A stretch of DNA of 64,000 nucleotides from Raillietiella orientalis (Eukaryota), in contig JAYWIR010000019.1 in assembly GCA_036172245.1 (NCBI GenBank), positions 3,348,001 through 3,412,000 of the forward strand. Direction: 5' to 3'. Positions 13,367 through 25,500 of the stretch are shown here, one piece after another; the first letter of the stretch is position 1; each line of letters starts with the position of its first letter. Both the position numbers and the translations under genes were made by a program. A model generated the notes under the pieces. The model saw only the letters and a program-made list of their open reading frames with translations. It searched no databases and was not told where the DNA came from.

Positions 13367-16204
13367 GGTTTTTTAAGCCGCTCATTTCACTCCGATTTCG
13401 GTGTTTGTCGAATGCAACTTTATGAGTTGGAATCACTTTTTGATCAAATTCCTCACAACCGCTCAGGATTTTCCCTTGTATTTCACAGCGGACTTCATTG
13501 CCGATGGGATCCTCATCTGGAAGAAAATTCATCGAAAAGTGCTGGTTGAACTTTTTTCAGCCGCATGCGCCGTGAACCACCCGATAGACCGTCTCGCACC
13601 GAACGTCATTTTTGGGGGTTGTTTCTGGTGATTGCCCTTTTCGTTTTTATCGTTTGCACTTTTTCTTTCCTTGAAAGTTTCAATAGGGCTTCTTGGTCGT
13701 AGTTTTAAGAAAGCCTTTCACAACAAGTGTTCCGTTTTTTTCCCGCTAATCCCCGTCGACCATCTGCAGCAAATAACTGTCTCAACAGTCATCCCCCCAC
13801 CCCCTATCCATTTGCACAACACACTTTTGAGTGTTCGTTTTAAAAACGGTGGTCCAAAGTTCAATCAAGTCCCTTGAATTATCTTAAAGGTTTCATCTTC
13901 CGTTCCGCTTTCGCCGAGGCGAGACAACCGACCTCTGCCTGGAAATAATCATTCGTGGTCGTATTGGAGGGACGCGTACTTTGGGAAACGGAGAAGCTAA
14001 AAGTGGATAATGACATAATTTCCACAGCATGTGCATTGGCTGCTTGTTTTTCGCCTTTCAAAAGGTGTTCTTCTCAGCTGCTCGGAGATTTGCTCGGCAG
14101 AAAGTGAATCACACTGTTTTCCGGTTCGCCATGATGAAGTGGCAAGCAGTTCCATCAGGTGGAAAGTGGATAAGGCATCGCATTACTCACATTGCTATCG
14201 GGAAACTCGGAAAAATTGTCTTGAAAGAGAAGCACCATCTCTAAAACGGGGTCGTTGGCTAATCCACGTCGGAATGCGGGAGCTCTTGGACCGAAGTGGT
14301 CCTCTTTTGATGTCCATTTGTGTGATGATCGTCTGTCTTGTGTTCATAACCAATATTTATCCCTTCGGTAATTCTTGCATAGCCAGGACAATCCATCTGA
14401 CGATTACTCGAAGACCAGAAGCGAGCCCTGCACTTTCGGCTTTAAGAAACGATACGGTCATTCCTTTTCAGCCTGCAGAAATGTTGAGAAGGACCCGGAA
14501 GACGTGCTGCATGTAAGGCACTGCAGAGACACCGATCTTAACACGCGTTTCGTGGACATTGCAGCGAGCTGCTGATGAGGGGATTCAAATCAAAAACCCA
14601 ATCGAAAACACTTTTAGAGAGATCCATAACTTAGACGTTCTTCATTTAGAAGCATTTAGAGATGAACACAAAGGGAGGAAGTTGATAATAACTGCAGCAC
14701 GCGCCATCGAGAAATAGTTTGCGATTGTTTTTGTATTTGCTCAAGTTGAATCGCAATTTCGGATGCTGAGTCTTCGGGTTCTCGTCCGAAGGATTCCGTT
14801 TCCAGCTCCATGGAAAAAACGAGCAAGTGTACGGTGTCCGAAACACTGTGAAACCCGGAAGGCGAGGGAAACTCTCAAGCGGCATTACTCATTTCTTCTA
14901 TCACACTGCGATGCGGCAAGGAGTGTGAAGGGATCTGCAGCATCCTTGCATGGTGGAGGCTTTCTGCTGCAATACGTGAAATTCCGATTCGTGTGCAGCA
15001 TGAAACCGTAGTTATTACCGATCAGTGAGATATAGGGTTTTTTCTTTTCTTTTTTCTTTTTCTTTTTTTTTTGCCGTTAGCTTTATTGACCGAATGCGGG
15101 GAAATGGATTCCAAGTGGTTTTTTTTTTTTTTTTGGTTACAGAGGTTCATGATTTTCATTCGTCAGGATTCTGCGTTTGCCAGTGATGGCGGTTTTCTCT
15201 TTGGCACACGATGGCTGCTTCTCATCCATCCGAAGTGTTGCTCCATTCTTTCGCGTCGTTCTTTTTCGTCGTTGACAAACAAGAAGAAAAAAGATGCATC
15301 TTGTCGAGAATACAGTCATTCGTGTTTAGCACGCCCTTTTGAATTTTCTTTCTTTCTTTTTTTTTTTTTTTTTTTTATAGGGATGCTGAAGTATATTCTG
15401 TGTTTTGTTTAATTCGCGGGGAAATTTCACGCAAAGGGCATACTGAACCTGGGCTTTTGAAATCCAATTCTGCAGGAAGGTTTCTCTCACGAGAAAGCTC
15501 CTTGCAAGTGATGTTCCCTGTGATGTACTGGCTCCACTGTTCTGCTTTTTCAGATTTTCGACGGCTTTCAAGTAGCATTTTCGTCCCCCCCCCATCACAT
15601 GGAAAATAAGCTTCAAAGAAACAATGACGTTTTACCTTTTTCGCCTTGATTTTTCTTTTTCATTTTGTAGCTTTTAAGATACGCAGACATGTAACCCTTG
15701 GTAATTGCGGAGCGGAAATTCATTGGACTTATTATGGAGTGATTGCGTGTCCGTGTACATTAATTTTGTTGCATGTGTGCTTTCGCGTTAGATGCTTTCC
15801 TGTACACTGTGCTGTATACAAAATCGTTGCCTTTGTTGTTTTATTGGACCACGTCAGGCCAGGTGGGTGAAGGAGGAGGAGGACGAGGACCCGCGAACTG
15901 TGCTCTTTCGTACCTACACAGTGTTCCCAACTAAAGTAAAAAAAAAAAAAAAAAAAAAAAAGTCTATAAGAAATCAATGTACGTGAAATAAGTGAACTGT
16001 TCCAAGAATTCGATGCCCATAAAATTAAAATTCGGAAATTATTTTAAAAATCAATTTACAATGCCCATAAGATTTCCTTTTTAAAAATACGTGAGAAGTT
16101 GAATGTGTCTGAACGTATGCTAATTCTTGCGTGGCATTCATTCATGTGTTTAAGACCTCCGCATATTTGTTTTTGTTTTTTTTTTCTTCTTCTTCTTCTT
16201 CCAG

Positions 16205-16542
16205 ATGCCAAGCAAATATGGAGATTATAAAAAACGAGGTATCGAATCTGCAGAGAATAAAAAGGACTTTTCATGTTTTTCGTTTCATCAAGGCATTGCG
16301 ACTAGAGAAACACGTGTTTTCGAAGATGAAACTCCCTTTTCCAATTTTAACATAAAAAAAACACAAAAGACCTCACGTCCCACAGCTTCAAGTGCCTGTA
16401 GGAGCAGTACGAGCCAGGAAACTTTTAGAAAGGAACTTTGGACTTTGAGAGCAAGTGATCGTAAAGTGTCCAGCCCGACGAAATCCATCGATGTCTCAAA
16501 GACTTGTCGGTTTTGTTGGTGCTGCTGTTGCACGTGTTCTTG
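16205..16542 (+). CDS. RGS exon carrying the palmitoylation-type cysteine string
   Basis: Strong acceptor (tttttcttcttcttcttcttccag|ATG), open frame to KTCRFCWCCCCTCS, donor TG|gtatgc. The 5' boundary could alternatively be an internal AG. Confidence 0.8.
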
Positions 16543-19500
16543 GTATGCATTCTTAACATCCTTAAGACCTCATTGCATTTTTAATGATAAGAAGTGTGCC
16601 GGACTTAATTGGTTTGAAAGTTTTCCGATTCAGAATTTCTCTCGGTAAGCTCTTCAAGAGTCGACGAACGAGCATTGCGACTCTTCCTGTTGTTTTAAAG
16701 ATGCTCCTGTTTTTTTTTTTTTTTTTTTTTTGCATAGATCGAACTTGGGGATTTGCTTATTGTTTCCTGCATCGCTTCCCGGTGGAGGATCTTAGATCCT
16801 GGTAGTTTTGATCAGAAGTGCCGCAACTTCACCTCGCACAGAGCGTGTGCAAAATCGATCCGGGACTGCCCCTCTCTTCGGGAGAGAAGAATTTTGGGCT
16901 TTCGTTTATCGGGATCACAAAAAGTGATCAGATCGTCAGCATGTTTCGTCGGCGTGGTGTGTACGTGGATGTTTTTTTTTTTTTTCTCTCTCTCTTCCGT
17001 ATTCCGTGCTAAGCAAGTTTCTCTATCGAAACCGGAGACTTCCTCCGCATGCATCCTAGCTGGGAGACGGTGGTGTTCGCGACACGTCTCTGGAGGAGTA
17101 CCTCAGACGAGGTTTGTATGCCAGCTGGTCACTGGGAAAACACGCGTAGCGGAACGGCATGCTCGTTATCATGAATGGAAACTTTCTGTATGGAATCAGC
17201 TCAATAACTTCTACCACAGTGGAAAATACACGCTCACACACACGCACACCCAAATGAGATTTAGGTGCACGTGTCCCCTTTCGTGTGGACATTCATTTTG
17301 TTGTGTAGATCCCATTGAAGAAAATCGAGATACAGATAAGGTGTGAAGAAGCTGCCTTCTCGGTACAACCCGATACCAACCAAATTAGGCAGAGCCTCTC
17401 AGGAGGGAGAGAGAATAAAAAAAAAAAAAAAAAAAAAAAGATCCCCTTGTGTTCCCGGGATCGAAATTGTCGTTCGTGATCTTCGACTGCCATATCCCTT
17501 TTCCTTCGTTTTGTTTTCGTTGTCTCACTGTTTGTTTTATCGGCGGCGTGCGCATGTGCAGAGAATGCAGCGCACGAAAAGGAGGTCGGTCCTAGGAAAG
17601 AGCGGAAGTTTACCTCCTGGTCCTCAGACGACGCATATAAACTAGCGAGCTCCCGTTGTTTAGGCAAGATGTTAAACCAAGTTCATCGGGAAAGTTTTCG
17701 AAAGTTTTCAGCTGGCCCCTCGACCCTCCCTTGTTCGGCGTGCAGGCTTCTGGGTATTTCCTTGCTCTTCCCTGGATGCTCGGGATTCAGGCCGCCGATT
17801 ACAGATCCACCAGAATCTGGGGTGTTCCGTTTCTACCCTTCCGGGATGTTTTCCGCTCGACCGATCTCCCGCCTTCCGGGTGCTTTAGCATCTGGTCGAA
17901 AACTCGATTCGATCTCAGAAACGTTCGATTCGCGGCGCTGCTCCTTTGCCTCTTGAAGAGCAACAACACTGTTCCACGCTCTCGGCCCAGCATTGCCTGT
18001 TTGCTTGTACTCGAGAAAAAAATTACAGAGGGAAAAGCAAAAACAAACGAGGATGTGACAATAACGGGAGAGTGGCCCTTTCAGCAGCGGGCTCAGCGCA
18101 GCGACTTGAGAAAAACCGAAGACCCCCCTGCTCGCGGCAGCAGCACTTCCAGGTTCACTGGGTGAGCGGAGCCGTGGGTTCTGTTAAAAATCGGTCTTAC
18201 GACCTCCGGTGATAAATCAGGGGGAGACCCTGTTCCAGACGATGTCAGCAGTGCGTCTGACAGCGAGCGGAGACCTCTCTTGATCAGGGTGATTCTGCGA
18301 GGGCTGCTGACGACGTGATGAAAGGAAGAAAAAATCCGAACCCTGGGGAGAGTTTGTACGTCTTGATCCAGAGTGGTCAGTGTGCACGTTCTACGAAGAT
18401 CGTCACCCTACGGCACCGTAGGTAGCCGGCGGGGTGGACTCAGCGCTCTCTCTCAGGTGCTCTCTCTCTCAAAAAGATGCATGCTGGATGATGGCTGTTA
18501 CAGATCAGAAATTCGATGCACAAAACGCGTGAGCGTCTTTGCGCCGTTGTCGCTTACTCTTTGGCGCGCGTAAAAAGGTTTTCCGGAAAGCGGTGGAGCG
18601 TCCCGATCAAAGACGCTCCGCGGAGTCTCCTGACATGCTCTTCTGCGCAGGTTGCCTAAGAATAAGCGTGGTGATCTCTCTGGGAGCTCGCAGAGAGCCT
18701 GGTCTTTCATCTTATTCGTAGTATTCCCTCCTCATAAGCCTCAAACCGATCTGTTCACCGCAGCTTTTCTGGGCAGAAGCCAGTTGCGGAGTGGAAAGAT
18801 TCTCATTTTCTTTTCTTCTTTTTTGCGTCTCCTCAGAAAGAACGAAAAGGGGAAGACGTTGAAGATGCGCCTCAGGTCGAATGCGGATTTGGTACAATTC
18901 CGGGAGATTCCGTCGAGCCTTCCAGAACGGTGGCAGAATTGGTGGCATGGAATCCGTCGGGCGCCAGACCATGGGAAAAAAAAAATAAAAATCGGCATGA
19001 ATTCGCTTACGATGTTCGCGGAGGTCATCCAGCGGAGAGACGCGCCGAGCTGGCGAGGGTCTTTCCTTTGCATCTTGGACCACCAACAAGCAGGCCTTTT
19101 GTGCTGGAAAACCTCTCCGTAAGAAGACCTAACTGTAGGCAGCAGCAGACGATGCTGGCGTTGTGATCGGCGAACCCATTCGCTTTACGTGTCCGCCTTT
19201 GTCGGCCGTGTGGCTGCGGTGTTCCTATGAGCGTGGCATTTGGCTGATCCCTCCCGGAGATTCTAATGCCGAGAGGGATCGACGCCGAGAAATGGGTGCG
19301 TCGTAGGTTTCGATTCCTCCCCCCCCCCAGGATGACGCTGGTGGGCCTAATAGGCTTCGGGTGCGGCACTGGCCCTTTGGGGTCCTTCCAGGACATCAAG
19401 GAGCGCCGGTTCCCTTCAGGGCTCCCCTCCGGCTGGGAAAATGGAGCTGTCTCCTCCCTCTAAGGGCGGACCCTCCATCTCGTACCATGGAGGAGCTGGT

Positions 19501-22500
19501 TGGTTGACACCTCTCCAGAGTGTGAAGAAGTGCGCTGCTCTCCTAGGGGAGCGACTCCTTCAAAGAAGCTGGGAAGCGTCCCTTCAGAGGAGGAAACGAG
19601 GATCAGACCCCCTTGCGATTCTCCAGAGGGACCCCTCAAGGAGTGGTCTTTTCGAGGGGTCCCTCTGGAGAGAATAAGGAAGAAGGTCCCTTCGGAGGCA
19701 ACTAGGGTAGAGGGTTCCCTTCGGGGTTCCCTCCCAACCGCGAGAGGAACGGACGCCTTCCTCCGGAGCCCTTCCTGGATTCACAGGGAGGTCCCCTCCT
19801 GAGGTACCCCCCTACAACTCGAAGAGCGACGCGCACCCTCGGGCGGCATGGAACAGCGACCTGCGAGCGGTGTGCCTCGCTGCCCACCCGGGAGTCCCGG
19901 ATTTTCGATGCGAACGATCTCGTGAGGAGCAGCCGGGAGAGTCGTCCGCAGGCCGAGAGGGACGCGACCTGACACGGGACTTTTGTCCCGGAGGAACGCC
20001 GACTTCTCGAGAGAACGCGTGAGAACGACGGTTCTCCCGATTCCGGGAATGCGCGCCGGTTGAACCGGAAGGTGGTCAGAGGCGTGGGTGGCGTTTTCGC
20101 GTGCGCTGGGGTCGCCTACGGACCGGTGAAGTGTCTTTCAGGAGGGTCCCAGCCGCGGTCGGAGCCGCCTCGCCTTCCACCGGGGGAGGGGCGGATTGCG
20201 CGGGCGCAGGTTGCTCCCGGCACTCAAGCAGCCTGGGCCGCTACCAGGGTGGAGTCAAGGAAGCGATTGCTCTCCAATGATCGAAGGAGTTCGTGCGGTG
20301 TGCGGCCATCTTGCGGAATCCCTCTGCGCACGCGCGAGCATCCTCCTCGAGGGTCACTTCGTTCCTCGGTGAAGGGGTGGGCGGGGATTTCGCCGTGTTG
20401 CAAGCGGCTCAGTAATGCACCCAGGCGAGGGCGTCCCCCGAGCTTTGCACGTCGGTCACCTATTTCCTTGCCCAACGCTCTCCCATGAGCGAGAAAGATC
20501 TGCAAGTGCGCGCTCCTGCCGTAGTCCCTGGAGGTCAGAGTTTTCTTCTCCCTCCCCTTCTCCCTCCTGCTGGGAACCCAGGGGCGTCTGCAGGATCGTC
20601 CGTTTCGGGAATGAGGGCAATGTTTTTTTTTCTTTTCCTGAACGTGATCGGGCGAGCGGGCGTCTCACAAGGGGAAGACGAAGGTGATGGCGGAGGAGAA
20701 CTGGTGCGCATCGAGCGACCTCAGCCACCGCGTTTCGGACCTGCTTGACCGGGAAGGCAGGCGGGCGCTGCTGCTCTTCTTCCCCACCCACGAGAGGACG
20801 GATGGACTGAAAGGTCAGCCGATGAGTAGAGCGCGGTCCTGCGCGAAGGAGAGGATCAGGGTGGTCGGGACTCCCTGGACGAGGCCAGATGCCAGGGAGG
20901 GAGTGAACCTCCCCGGCGAGCGATCCGCGCTCGGAACTTGGAGCGCAGGGAAGATGCCGATCCCCCCCTCCCCGTCCACGTACCGACCGGGCCCTGCGCT
21001 ACTGAACTCCGCCGATTGGACGAGAGGCGGCGCTTTCACCATGATGCGGACGTGGAAAAGATGTCGGATTTCACGGTCTCCTTTTTTTTTCTTTCTTTCT
21101 TTCTTGTTTTGTTTGTTTCTTCCTCTCTCTCCCTCTCCCTGCTGCCGTTGCCTCTCCTCCTGATTCAGTTGCCAGAGAACTGCCAATAAATTCCGTTTAA
21201 TGGGAGTCTCGCTTGTTAGAGGGGAACATTCCAGGAGTACGGCGGAACGACCGCGGTCGTGTGCCACGCTCCAAAGGACGAAGAAGTCGGTGGAGCGCGG
21301 TCCTTGCCTGCAGCGGGTCAGCTCCTCCGGGAAAGACGAGGCAGGCGCGTAGAGCCCTCTGCCCGGCCGCCTTGGCCGAGCAGACGGACAGGAGCCGCCA
21401 TGTCAGCAAGCCGGGGAGGGGGAAGACTTCCTGGACAGCCGAGCAAAACCGCGCCTCTGGAGATTCGGCCGCAGTTTTCAGCCTCGCGTCAGCGCTAGCC
21501 ACTGGTGGCAGGACTTGGCGAGTCGTTGCTTTCACCCGACCTTCCGAAGCGCGAACTAGCGGACCGGCTCCTGCGTCCCTTTTGATCGCTCCTCGCACCA
21601 CGAACACTGGCAGCTGCTGCTGCTGCCGCTGTCCACGAGTCCTTAGACCGTTTTCTCTGTCGGTAGTCCCCCGCTTTCTGCACCTGGGTCTTCTTTTGCC
21701 TCGGGAGGAAGTCAGCAGCAAGGGAGACAGATCGATCCCTTCCGGCGCTTACCCGTCCAACTGGAAGGGGCAGCTGACGCCAGGGAAGACACTGTGCATC
21801 TCCGCCTTCGTTCGGTCTTCTTCCTTCGTCTTCCTTCGGTTCGGTCTTCGTTTTTCTTTTTCTCCTCATCGAGACAATGAGGGGCACACTGTCAACGCTC
21901 GGAGAGAGAAGGGCCGGATCAGCTGACCTGTAGGCGAGATACCTCTTGAGGGAGCGTGGCAGCGGAAGGTGATCCAGGCAGGCGTTGCCCCAGTCGCTCA
22001 CGGGAGGCGGAAAAATCACCCGACGTCCTCATTTTGTGCCATCTCGCGGTGTGGCACGGTCAATAGATGACTGCGACCGGAACGGGCGGGATATCACCTC
22101 TGCAGCACCTTCAGGACCTCATCGTCGGCCCAGATTCGCTCTTTGCTGGTCGACCGGGGAGGGTCCTGCCGCCCCTTCAGACAACCAGCCCACCAGTTCG
22201 CGGTTACGATCGGACGACAGTCGTGGGCGCTACAGGGGAGGTCTTTCCCCGTCGCGCAGAAAAAGAGATCTCCCGCGCGAGGCGAGGTCCGCGAGCCGCC
22301 ACCCCCAGCCGATCGAGAAAGGGCGCCCGGAGGCTCGAAGATGCTGGCGACCAGCACCTGTGGGATTCCATCCTCTTGACCCTGCCGGTTGACTCGTGGA
22401 ACTTAGTGATCCGCGAGGGATTATGGGCACAGTGGCGGTTGGCGATTGGCCGCCTCCGGTAAGTTTCCTCGGGAACTCCGCGCGTCACTTTGCCTCCGAG

Positions 22501-25500
22501 ATGCTCCTCCCGCTCGCCTCCGAAGGATCTTTGGTTCTTTCAGCTTCCATGTCGTTTGCTGGGCCGCCGCGCACCCGCTGGGAGAGCCCGGAGCTGTGGG
22601 GAGCTGAGCCGCTATAGCACGGCACTTTGCTTTCGGTTCTTCTCCTCCCGGCTGCCTCCGGGGCAGCGGTCACATGCTTCTCAGAACGAGGTCGGATCGA
22701 AGCGAGGTTGGACCATCCCGAAGTCGGACCATCTCGACTCCCACAGACCGTCTTCGTATCCTTTTCCGGCTGCTCTTGGCGAAGAACGAGCGTCCGTTTT
22801 TTCGTCCGTCGAAGGGGGGGGCTCGGACCCCCACGATGGAATGGGGAGGGGATGGCACAAGCAAATAGGTTAAGCGGCGAACGGGGGACGTTTCCAAGAC
22901 AGAGGTGGTGTTTATCGAACCTCCCAAACAGCTGTGCGTCACTCCCGCGAGTCGCCTGAGAAAGCGGGAGCTGGGGACGAGGATATAAATCTGAACATGG
23001 CGCGGACAACGGGGTCTCACGTCACGGTGGCGCGGACAACAGGGTCTCACGTCACGGTGGCGCGGACAACAGGGTCTCACGTCACGGTGGCGCGGACAAC
23101 GGGGTCTCACGTCATGGTGGCGCTCCAAGGTACGTGCGCGACGCGAACGCCTCCCCACGGGAGGCGAGAGAGGCTTCGCCGCTGCCCGAACAGCGGTCGC
23201 CGAGGATGCTGCGACCCGCGCGGTCCGCAAGGGAGTCGTTCGTTCTCCCGGCAGGCTGGCGGTGGCAGCCCGAGCAGCATCGCATCGAGAGAAGAGATCT
23301 TGGGCAACCCCATTTCAAAACAGGAGGCCGGCGATTCTCTAGGGGACCCGGGAATCCGTCGATCCAAGCGCTTCGCGTGTCTCCGAGGGTACTGCTGTCC
23401 CTTGTGAAAGGGCAGGATTCCACCGGATGGGGTGAGCGTTTTCGGTGTCTCGAAGAACCTGCTGGCAAACCCTCGCTCCACGTTGGAAATCCTTTGAGTT
23501 TCTCCCAGTTTCGCTGCTTCTCTTCCAGCTTTTTTTTTTTTTTTTTCATTACGTTCGCAAAGCGTCGAAGAACCGCTCGCCTGGGGGCTCACGAAGCTCT
23601 TTAACGCTGTCCACGCTACCCCACGAGGGTGCGTGTAACTCGTCAAGATAGGGAGGATCACCCTATGAGTCCAGGAAGGCTCCGAAGGAAGGAGTCCGTT
23701 CCTCTTACGCCTGGGTAGGAGACACCGAAGGGAGCCCTCGCCCTGGCCGTCTCAGAAGGGAACCGCTTCCTTATTCTCTCCGGAAGGATCCTCTGGAGGG
23801 GGTCTTTCCATTGTTTGTTCTCCTAAGGGGACTCGGAAAGGATCCGCTCCTGGAATTTCTTCTTCGGAGGGAACCCAGGAGGGAACAGAGCTCTTTTTCA
23901 CACTCTGGATCTATCCAGCGGCTCCACAGTACGAGATAGAGGGTCGCCTCCTGAGGGGAAGGACGGCTCCACTTACACCCCGAAGGGTCCTCGACTCCTG
24001 AAAGGATCCCTCCCAATCCCGACCAGTCAGCGGAGGCACCCAGTGCAGCACCTGCAGCCTGTAGGCCAACCAGCGTCATCTGGCGGGGCAACTCGGAACC
24101 CACGACGCACCCCCTGTTCCCGGCGTTCGATCCCTCCCCGTGCGGGATTCGAACCCGTGGTGCCAGGCTCGGAAGAGGCTACGGCCGCCAGCGCGGGGGC
24201 GGTCTCGGCGGAAACGAAAATCCGACGGCGGGACCACGTTCCTGTCGACGCACCAGCGCCGGTTGAGCTGGCGCGCTTTCCGGTGCCTCGGCGAAAAACC
24301 ACCTGGACCTCCCCTCGCTTCCTTCGAACCAGATGCTATCCTCGGATCTCCGGTCACGCTCGTGTCTTTTTTTTCTTTTTTTCCGTTCCGGTTTATGCGC
24401 GTCCGTGCGCGTTTGTTTCGTGCACCTTTTAATACCTTTGCGTGTTGCTTTTCCCGCGAATGGCGCGGTGGAAGGAGCCAGGCAAGCTGTGTGAAACTAC
24501 CAGGCGGGAGCGAAGCACATCCGGACCTGCGTCGGGGGAACCAAAGCGGGGATGGGGTTTCGATTTCCTCAGGAAAGCCGGTAGGCGTTCGACCGAGTGC
24601 GCAGGAGGGGATGCGGGCAGCGCGATCAAGGATCCGGCGCTCGGCGATTGGTTCCTCGAAGGAACGGGAGGATCGTGAGGATGGGGATCGAAGGCTGATC
24701 CCCCGAGCAGGCGAAAGCGCAGTTCGGGAGTCGGGGAATCGTAGCCGGGGTGATTTTTTTTTTTTTTCCCCCCCCCCCCGTCTCGCGTGGGGAAGGGAGG
24801 AAGGACGCAGGCGTTCGAAGGAGCAGCTTCAGCGTCCGCCACGGTGGCGATGTCGGAAACCACTGCTCCGGGGGTCCCTCCGCGCGCGGTCGGAACGCGT
24901 TGCGAAGGTTCTCGGAACGCGTGTCGAGCCGTGTGCTCGCCCTCTCGGGGAACACTGGTTGACAGCGCTCCATAGAGGTTTGGGCGTTGGAGCGCGGATC
25001 GGGCGCTTCGCCCGCCGCGCGCGCCTCATCCACGATGGACTCGGTCGAATTTTTTTTTTTTTTTCGCTCTTTTGAAAACGAGAAGAAAAAGAAAAAAAAA
25101 TGATGGCAGTCGAACGGGGAGACCGTGATGCCTTGGTTTTGCAGAAGCAGTCGAGGGGAAAAGAGGTGGTTCTTGTCAGTGATTTCCGGTTGCGATGTTC
25201 CGGACGTTCTCGGATCCACAAGTCTGGACGACAAGCTGCGCGGAGGAACATTCGGGAAGGATGGTGGGAGGGTGAAGGACGACGAAACAAGTCGGAAGGT
25301 TGATCCTTCGGAAGCCCGGAAGCGATTCACGGAGGAAAAAAAGAACCGAGTTTGCCGAGAACCGGGCCGACGGCGGCGCAGTCTCAGGAAAAGAAGGGCG
25401 TTTGGGCGCAGGGTCCGGGAAAGAATTCCAGAGCTCTCTGTAAGGGCGGGCAGCGGGAGAAACGAGGCTGTAAGTTCCCCTGCGGACCACTCGACTCGGT

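Noticed and set aside
14572..14630. Hammerhead core (ctgatga...gaaa)
   Set aside because: No convincing stems I/III or NUH cleavage triplet.
19841..19920. HDV-like ribozyme (gggcggcatgg...gctgccc...gcgaa; similar hints in copy B near 23550-23625)
   Set aside because: A P1-like pairing and GCGAA exist, but I could not build P2, P3/L3 or P1.1. At most a decayed resemblance.
20506..20540. SRP/7SL (Alu-domain) similarity gcgcgctcctgccgtagtccc
   Set aside because: Too short, and no S-domain motifs follow.
22998..23123. CRISPR-like array (30-bp repeats)
   Set aside because: Units are contiguous with no unique spacers, there are no cas genes, and the context is eukaryotic: a minisatellite.
24135..24199. 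Functional tRNA gene
   Set aside because: Only the T-arm/B-box is good; there is no 7-nt anticodon loop or full acceptor stem. Treated as tRNA-like.
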